DNA of 64,000 bases from Candidatus Colwellbacteria bacterium CG10_big_fil_rev_8_21_14_0_10_42_22. GTDB lineage: Bacteria > Patescibacteriota > Minisyncoccia > UBA6257 > Colwellbacteraceae. Where the stretch lies: contig PFAH01000005.1 in assembly GCA_002773725.1 (NCBI GenBank), positions 17,456 through 81,455 of the forward strand. The letters are read 5' to 3'. A program made the translations under genes and the position numbers. This document shows positions 58,234-64,000 of this stretch, in pieces; position 1 is the first letter of the stretch, and every line of letters begins with the position of its first letter. The notes beneath the pieces were generated by a model, which was not told the DNA's origin, searched no databases, and saw only the letters and a list, made by a program, of their open reading frames with translations.

Positions 58234-58655
58234 GGAAAGAATTAAAAAATAAAGGTCAAGTAATGATTTTAAGCGTGCTTTTAATATCCAGCGCGATTTT
58301 GGCCGCCAGCTCTTTAGCAGGACTTCTAGTTCTTTTTCAGCTTAAACGAACAGCTGGTGCCGAAGATTCTGCTAGGGCTGTTTTTGCAGCTGACGCAGGT
58401 ATAGAGAACGCACTTTATAAACGTTTTGTAGACGGCTGTACGGAGGGAGATTTATTGAAGGATAAATTTGATTTTAGTAATGGCCAGTCAGCTAATTATC
58501 AAGTCAAAATGGACTCATGCGACTACACTGTCTCTGTCGGCAGTTCTAAAAATACTGCCCGCGCTTTTGAAATTAGCTTCGAAGGACTTTGTAGTTTTGG
58601 AGGACAAATGCAAAATGAAGAGGCATGTGCACCTGAACCACCGCCGGCACCGTAA
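58230..58655 (+). CDS. PilX-like minor pilin / pilus assembly protein
   Basis: N-terminal hydrophobic anchor GQVMILSVLLISSAILAASSLAGLLV; overlaps the preceding gene by 4 nt. Confidence 0.45.
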   Translation: MRKELKNKGQVMILSVLLISSAILAASSLAGLLVLFQLKRTAGAEDSARAVFAADAGIENALYKRFVDGCTEGDLLKDKFDFSNGQSANYQVKMDSCDYTVSVGSSKNTARAFEISFEGLCSFGGQMQNEEACAPEPPPAP

Positions 58656-58663
58656 TTCTCGCA

Positions 58664-60703
58664 TTGAAAATGGATAAAAGTGAAATTAAATCAAGGATTG
58701 AAAAACTTAAAAAAGAGATTAATCGATACCGATACGCCTATCACGTAGAGGATAGGTCGTTAATACCTGACTCTGCCCTCGACACTCTTAAGAAAGAACT
58801 CTTTGATTTAGAGCAATCTTATCCCGATCTTGTAACGTCGGATTCCCCAACCCAGAGGATGGGGGGTGAACCCACCAAAGGTTTCAAGCGCGTTCGTCAC
58901 GAACGTAGAATGACTTCTTTCAACGATGCCTTTTCTCGAGAAGATGTTAAGAGTTGGCTTGAAAGGGCAAAAAATCATCTCAAAAGAGATATTAAATCTA
59001 AATTCTATATAGAGCCCAAGATAGACGGGTTTGCCATAGAACTTGTCTATGAATCAGGAATATTGGTTCAGGCCTCTACGCGCGGAGATGGCATTGTCGG
59101 TGAAGATGTTACAGAAAACATCAAAACAGTCGAAGCTATTCCGCTTTCCCTACACGATTGCGCAAGCATCAAGGTGCCCGAAAAGATAGTAGTGCGAGGA
59201 GAGGTTTTCATCACTCTTCAGGAGTTCGAAAATATCAATAGAGAGCAAAAAAAGCAGGGAGTTAAAGAATACGCTAATCCACGCAACATCGCTGCCGGCA
59301 CCATTCGTCAATTAGATCCTAAAGTAGCCGCCTCTAGAAAATTAGATTCTTTTGCCTATGCGCTCGTGACGGATTTGGGTCAAAAAAGCCACGCAGATGA
59401 ACATGCTCTACTTCACAAGCTTGGGTTCAAAACAGGTAACATTAATCACAGATTAGCGAATTCGCTAGAGGATATCTTTAAATATCGGGACGAGTGGGAG
59501 AAGAAAAAAGACAAACTTACATATCAAATAGACGGGATTGTAGTGGTTATTAACGACATTTCCCTATACGAGGAGCTTGGGGTTGTGGGCAAGGCACCTA
59601 GGGGTGCTATTGCATACAAGTTTTCGCCCGAAGAGGCCACCACTAAAGTTAGGGACATAAAGATTCAAGTGGGTCGGACGGGCGCCCTAACGCCTGTTGC
59701 GTTTCTAGAGTCGGTTGAGGTCGGAGGAGTTACTATCCAGCACGCCACTCTTCATAACTTTGACCAAATTGAACGCCTTGATGTGAGAATTGGAGACACG
59801 GTTATCGTCAGTCGAGCGGGAGATGTGATTCCGCAAGTGACTAAGGTATTAGAAAATCTAAGGACGGGTAAAGAAAAAAAATTCAGTATTCCTGAAGCGT
59901 GTCCCATAGATGGCTCAAAGATTATTAAAGACGGAGTAATTCACAGGTGTTCTAATGTTGAATGCGGAGCGCGCCTTCGTGAGGGTATTAGCCATTTTGT
60001 TTCTAGGTCAGCTTTTGATATCAGGGGTTTGGGTCAAAAGATAGTAGAAAAGTTTATTGAAGAAGGGTTTTTATCGGATGTGGCTGATATCTTTCATCTA
60101 GAACACGAAGAAATTGCTGTTTTGCCTGGGTTTGGCGAGAAATCAGCTCATAATATCATTCGCGAAATAGAAGAGAGCAGGAGAGTTGAACTACCTCGAT
60201 TTATATACAGTTTAGGAATCTTTCATATCGGTGAGGAGACGTCCATATCTTTAGCCAACAAACTATCTCAAGAAGAGATGGTAGTTGAAAAGCCCTCCGA
60301 CCTTATTGAAACGCTTGGCAGATTTTCTTTGGAAGAATTGATGACCATACCTGATATTGGTCCTAGGGTGGGGGAAAGTATTTATGCTTGGTTCAGGAAT
60401 AATAAAAACCAAAAACTTCTTAAAGAACTCGACGAGGTGGGCATAGAGATAGAGCATATTCAAACACCCATATCAAATAAACTAAGGGACAAAACTTTTG
60501 TTATCACTGGCACCCTAGATTCAATATCGAGAGATGAGGCGAAGGCAAAATTGCGTCAACTCGGTGGGCATCCAAGCGAATCGGTTAGTAGCAAGACGGA
60601 TTATGTTGTTGCGGGTGATAACCCAGGATCTAAGGTAAACAAAGCTAGAAAGCTAGGAATAGATATTCTTACAGAAAAGGAATTTATGGATATGCTATCA
60701 TAA
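58664..60703 (+). CDS. ligA: NAD-dependent DNA ligase
   Basis: Adenylation motif EPKIDGFAIELVYE (KxDG), OB fold, zinc finger CPIDGS...C, HhH repeats and C-terminal BRCT. Confidence 0.9.
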   Translation: MKMDKSEIKSRIEKLKKEINRYRYAYHVEDRSLIPDSALDTLKKELFDLEQSYPDLVTSDSPTQRMGGEPTKGFKRVRHERRMTSFNDAFSREDVKSWLERAKNHLKRDIKSKFYIEPKIDGFAIELVYESGILVQASTRGDGIVGEDVTENIKTVEAIPLSLHDCASIKVPEKIVVRGEVFITLQEFENINREQKKQGVKEYANPRNIAAGTIRQLDPKVAASRKLDSFAYALVTDLGQKSHADEHALLHKLGFKTGNINHRLANSLEDIFKYRDEWEKKKDKLTYQIDGIVVVINDISLYEELGVVGKAPRGAIAYKFSPEEATTKVRDIKIQVGRTGALTPVAFLESVEVGGVTIQHATLHNFDQIERLDVRIGDTVIVSRAGDVIPQVTKVLENLRTGKEKKFSIPEACPIDGSKIIKDGVIHRCSNVECGARLREGISHFVSRSAFDIRGLGQKIVEKFIEEGFLSDVADIFHLEHEEIAVLPGFGEKSAHNIIREIEESRRVELPRFIYSLGIFHIGEETSISLANKLSQEEMVVEKPSDLIETLGRFSLEELMTIPDIGPRVGESIYAWFRNNKNQKLLKELDEVGIEIEHIQTPISNKLRDKTFVITGTLDSISRDEAKAKLRQLGGHPSESVSSKTDYVVAGDNPGSKVNKARKLGIDILTEKEFMDMLS

Positions 60704-60711
60704 AAATCACC

Positions 60712-60987
60712 ATGAACTTCGATATCAAAAAATACGCACACCTTGCTCGGATTAAGCTTTCTAATAAAGAGGAAAAAAAGTTTCAAAAGGACCTAGAGAA
60801 GATTCTAGATCACGTTGCTGAACTGGAAAAAGTTGATGTTGGGGGCGTAAAACCCGTTACAGGTGGAACAAACCTCGAAAATATTTTTCGTGAAGATATA
60901 GTAAAAAACGATAATTTATTAAACCCATCATTTCCCGAAGAAGAAAAAGGTTATCTGAAAGTACCAAAAGTTTTTAACAATGATTAA
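60712..60987 (+). CDS. gatC: Asp-tRNA(Asn)/Glu-tRNA(Gln) amidotransferase subunit C
   Basis: 91 aa, GatC pattern IKKYAHLARIKLSNKEEKKFQKDLEKILDHV...; overlaps the gatA start. Confidence 0.8.
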   Translation: MNFDIKKYAHLARIKLSNKEEKKFQKDLEKILDHVAELEKVDVGGVKPVTGGTNLENIFREDIVKNDNLLNPSFPEEEKGYLKVPKVFNND

Positions 60988-62407
60988 TTTGGAAGACCTA
61001 ACAATCAAATCCCTTAGTCAAAAACTCAACAAAAAGGAGGTGTCGGTCATTGAAGTTGTTAAAGAATATCTAAAAGCTATTAAGACACGCGATAAAAAAA
61101 TTGGTGCTTATTTGAGCGTAGACGAAGAAGGTGCTCTAGAGAGCGCAAGGCAGATTGATGCAAGCAAAGAGAAATTAGGTGTTCTAGCAGGAATCCCGAT
61201 AGCCGTGAAAGATGCAATTTTGGTTAATGGGCAACCCGCCACAGCTGGTTCTAAAATACTTGAGAAATATGTTGCCCCATATGAGGGTGGGGCAGTAGAA
61301 CGACTTCGAAATGAGGGTGTAATTTTTCTGGGTAAAACAAACATGGATGAATTTGCTATGGGTAGTTCTACGGAAAACTCCGGTTTTAAATTAACCAAAA
61401 ATCCCCACGACCTAAAAAGAGTACCAGGTGGTTCGTCTGGAGGAAGCGCCGCTGCCGTAGCTGGTAATTTAGCCCTAGCATCTTTAGGGAGTGATACGGG
61501 TGGCTCTATTCGTCAACCAGCAGCTCTTTGCGGAATAGCGGGGCTTAAGACAACCTATGGAGCTGTATCCCGCTATGGATTGATTGCTATGGCATCATCT
61601 CTTGATCAGATTGGACCATTTGCCAAGACGGTTGAGGATGTAGGACTTCTCTTCCAAGCTATGGCTGGATACGACGAATGGGATTCAACCAGTAATCCAT
61701 CTGCAAGCTATGGGGACGAATTAACTAAACCGGACTGGAAAAAGATTAAGGGTCTCACGATTGGTATCCCAGAGGAATATTTTGGCGAGGGAATAGATAA
61801 AGAGGTGTCCGCCTCTATGGATGAGGTGATTAATTTTTATAAATCAGAAGGGTTCAAGATCAAGTCCGTCAGTATGCCAAACACTAAATATGGTTTATCT
61901 GTTTATTATATTGTGATGCCAGCAGAAGCTAGTACCAACTTAGCGCGTTTTGACGGCATTCGTTATGGGACAAGAAATAAGGCAAAGAACTTATTAGATT
62001 TATACCTAGAAAATAAAGGCAAGGGTTTTGGGGCAGAAGTGAAGCGTAGGATTACGTTAGGAACTTTTGTTTTGTCCGCCGGCTACTATGATGCTTATTA
62101 TCTTAAGGCGCAAAGAGTAAGGACGCTCGTTAACCAAGATTTTGAAAAAGCATTTGAAAAGGTTGACGTGCTTTTGACACCCACCAGTCCTACAGTTGCT
62201 TTTAAGATAGGGGAGCGTACCCAAAACCCATTAGAGATGTATATGTCAGACATTTTAACTATCCCCGCTAACCTAGCCGGCGTGCCGGGCTTAAATGTTC
62301 CCGTTAAGGACAGGGAAGGAAGGTTGCCTGTAGGATTTCAATTGATGGGTAGGCATTGGCAAGAAGCTGACATTTTAGGTTTGGGGATGTATTATGAGAG
62401 AAAATAA
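60980..62407 (+). CDS. gatA: Asp-tRNA(Asn)/Glu-tRNA(Gln) amidotransferase subunit A
   Basis: Amidase signature GGSSGGSAAAVA and the Ser-cisSer-Lys triad context. Confidence 0.9.
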   Translation: MINLEDLTIKSLSQKLNKKEVSVIEVVKEYLKAIKTRDKKIGAYLSVDEEGALESARQIDASKEKLGVLAGIPIAVKDAILVNGQPATAGSKILEKYVAPYEGGAVERLRNEGVIFLGKTNMDEFAMGSSTENSGFKLTKNPHDLKRVPGGSSGGSAAAVAGNLALASLGSDTGGSIRQPAALCGIAGLKTTYGAVSRYGLIAMASSLDQIGPFAKTVEDVGLLFQAMAGYDEWDSTSNPSASYGDELTKPDWKKIKGLTIGIPEEYFGEGIDKEVSASMDEVINFYKSEGFKIKSVSMPNTKYGLSVYYIVMPAEASTNLARFDGIRYGTRNKAKNLLDLYLENKGKGFGAEVKRRITLGTFVLSAGYYDAYYLKAQRVRTLVNQDFEKAFEKVDVLLTPTSPTVAFKIGERTQNPLEMYMSDILTIPANLAGVPGLNVPVKDREGRLPVGFQLMGRHWQEADILGLGMYYERK

Positions 62408-62420
62408 ATAAATTAAAACC

Positions 62421-63176
62421 ATGGAAATATTAGGATTTCTGCCAATTACCATCGCGGTCTTGGTGCTTATCTTGCGCCAAATCAATGAATATGAAAGAGG
62501 CGTCATGTTCACAATGGGAAAGTTTTCGGGTATCAAAAACCCGGGCTGGAGATTAGTTGTCCCGGTTTTTCAAAAAATGATGAAAGTGGATATGAGGATT
62601 AAGGCCGTTGACGTACCCGATCAAAAGGCCATTACGCGAGACAATATATCCGTCGGCGTTAATGCTGTTATCTATTATAGAGTAGCGGATGCCGAGAAAG
62701 CGATTCTTAAAGTTGAAGATTTTTTTCACGCCGTATCACAACTTGCTCAAACTACGATGAGAAATGTAGTTGGGGAGGCGGAGTTGGACGAACTACTTGG
62801 TGAAAGAGATAAGATATCAGATAAAATCAGAAACATCGTAGATGTAGCGAGCGATGCTTGGGGGATTAAGGTTGATAACGTTGAATTAAAAGACGTAGTT
62901 CTTCCAGAAGACATGGAGCGTACTATCGCCAAACAAGCTGAAGCAGAACGTGAAAGACGAGCCGTCATTATTAAGTCCGAAGGAGAGGTGGCCGCTGCAG
63001 GCAATATGGCAAAAGCTGCAGGGACGCTTAGTGCCGCTCCGGGAGCCCTTCACCTTCGCACTCTTCAGTCAATTAATGATTTAAGCTCAGACCAATCCAA
63101 CACAGTTATTTTTGCCTTACCAATAGAAGCACTAAGAGCTCTTGAGGGTTTTGGAGTTAAGCTTAACAAAGGATAG
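62421..63176 (+). CDS. SPFH/band-7 (stomatin/prohibitin-like) membrane protein
   Basis: N-terminal TM anchor then band-7 core (RLVVPVFQKMMKVDMRIKAVDVPDQKAITRDNISVGVNAVIYYRV). Confidence 0.8.
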   Translation: MEILGFLPITIAVLVLILRQINEYERGVMFTMGKFSGIKNPGWRLVVPVFQKMMKVDMRIKAVDVPDQKAITRDNISVGVNAVIYYRVADAEKAILKVEDFFHAVSQLAQTTMRNVVGEAELDELLGERDKISDKIRNIVDVASDAWGIKVDNVELKDVVLPEDMERTIAKQAEAERERRAVIIKSEGEVAAAGNMAKAAGTLSAAPGALHLRTLQSINDLSSDQSNTVIFALPIEALRALEGFGVKLNKG

Positions 63177-63179
63177 GGT

Positions 63180-63929
63180 CTATTTCTTTATTCCCACTAC
63201 CGTTGCAAACCTACCTTCTGGTTCACCTGTTCTTTTTGAGCGGTAATGAGAAAAGTATTCAGGCGAAGAGTATGTATCTATACCACTATTAAGGATATTT
63301 TCCTTGGGAACACCGGCATCCATTAGCACTCTTTGATTATAAGAAAAGAGATCAATGGCCACTCTTTCGTTAGGCAATTTTTCTACATGTTTGCTCCAGT
63401 CAGATATATCTTTTTGAGCAATTTCTTCTGAACTAAATATATAAGAATCTTTTTGGATGGATGGGCCTATGTATACCACCACATTTCTTGGATTAGATCC
63501 AAAGTTTGTTTGCATAGTTTTAATCACCTTACTCGCCAATTTCATTTCTGTGTTTTTCCAACTCAAATGCACCAAAGCCAACACCCGGTTTTTAGAATCG
63601 TAGTATATAAGTGGCTGGCAATCACCGGTTAAAAGAAACAGATAGAGCCCCTTCTCGTTTGTAATTAAGGCATCAACTTCAGGAGAACCAACACCCTTTA
63701 ATATATCCATCCTATCTTTTGAATCGACTAGCTTGACCCCATCTTTATGTATCAAGCTCATACCGACACAATCCGCAGGGGAAACACCTATTCTTTTAAA
63801 AAAATCACGTCGTGCTTTTAAAACCCCTTCTTGCTCTCCCCAGTTATATGAAAGATTACCATCTTCTTTATCAGAGACGACATAAAAAAGATCTTTGAAC
63901 GATGTGGGAACGGGAGTTTTTGGTTTCAT
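63180..63929 (-). CDS. pgeF: YfiH/PgeF-family protein (DUF152; peptidoglycan editing factor / purine nucleoside phosphorylase-like)
   Basis: Conserved His-Cys-His context: CVGMSLIHKDGV, TGDCQPL, VHLSWKN, YIGPSI. Confidence 0.65.
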   Translation of the reverse strand: MKPKTPVPTSFKDLFYVVSDKEDGNLSYNWGEQEGVLKARRDFFKRIGVSPADCVGMSLIHKDGVKLVDSKDRMDILKGVGSPEVDALITNEKGLYLFLLTGDCQPLIYYDSKNRVLALVHLSWKNTEMKLASKVIKTMQTNFGSNPRNVVVYIGPSIQKDSYIFSSEEIAQKDISDWSKHVEKLPNERVAIDLFSYNQRVLMDAGVPKENILNSGIDTYSSPEYFSHYRSKRTGEPEGRFATVVGIKK

Positions 63930-64000
63930 TTGCGCGAGCGACTCGTCTACGTTAAAACTTCGACGGAGCAGGCCGGACCATATCGAGTCCGACTCGCATA

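Noticed and set aside
1-64000. CRISPR arrays and rRNA genes
   Set aside because: No spaced direct-repeat arrays and no 16S/23S/5S-like conserved stretches were seen anywhere in the window.

Overview
This 64 kb window reads like a small, gene-dense, AT-moderate bacterial genome fragment (short intergenic spacers, overlapping genes, standard genetic code). The gene content is consistent with a Candidate Phyla Radiation / Patescibacteria-type organism: a full type IV pilus and competence cluster, several aminoacyl-tRNA synthetases, a truncated GlmU, and no obvious biosynthetic genes.

Layout:
1. ~1-22.3 kb is housekeeping: RelA/SpoT fragment, dprA, topA, three minus-strand tRNAs, rluA-family, rplS, tRNA-Leu, recO, glyQS, M16 peptidase, AI-2E transporter, metG, tatD, leuS, Mur ligase and a GlmU N-domain homolog.
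2. ~22.3-24.1 kb is a tRNA-rich recombination hotspot. It holds a tRNA-Ser 3' fragment, an interrupted tRNA-Ser(CGA)-like gene, a NUDIX hydrolase, tRNA-Ala(GGC), a LAGLIDADG homing endonuclease and tRNA-Ser(UGA).
3. ~24.1-42.1 kb is an accessory island lying between tRNA-Ser(UGA) and tRNA-Ala(UGC). It carries a UvrD-like helicase and a minus-strand operon with large serine recombinase, terminase large and small subunits and a ParB-DNA methyltransferase fusion. A plus-strand defence operon follows: PD-(D/E)XK-like protein, type III Mod, ClpP-family protease, type III Res, KAP-family NTPase, zinc-ribbon protein.
4. ~42.2-64 kb has a GT2 glycosyltransferase, a P-type ATPase, a giant pilin-like protein, comFC, pilM/N/O, pilB, pilT, pilC, pilin, pilD, four minor pilins, ligA, gatC, gatA, an SPFH protein and pgeF/yfiH.

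The most unusual item is the type III restriction-modification operon with a ClpP-like serine protease gene wedged, translationally coupled, between mod and res, followed by a KAP NTPase plus zinc-ribbon partner. No rRNA or CRISPR array was seen.
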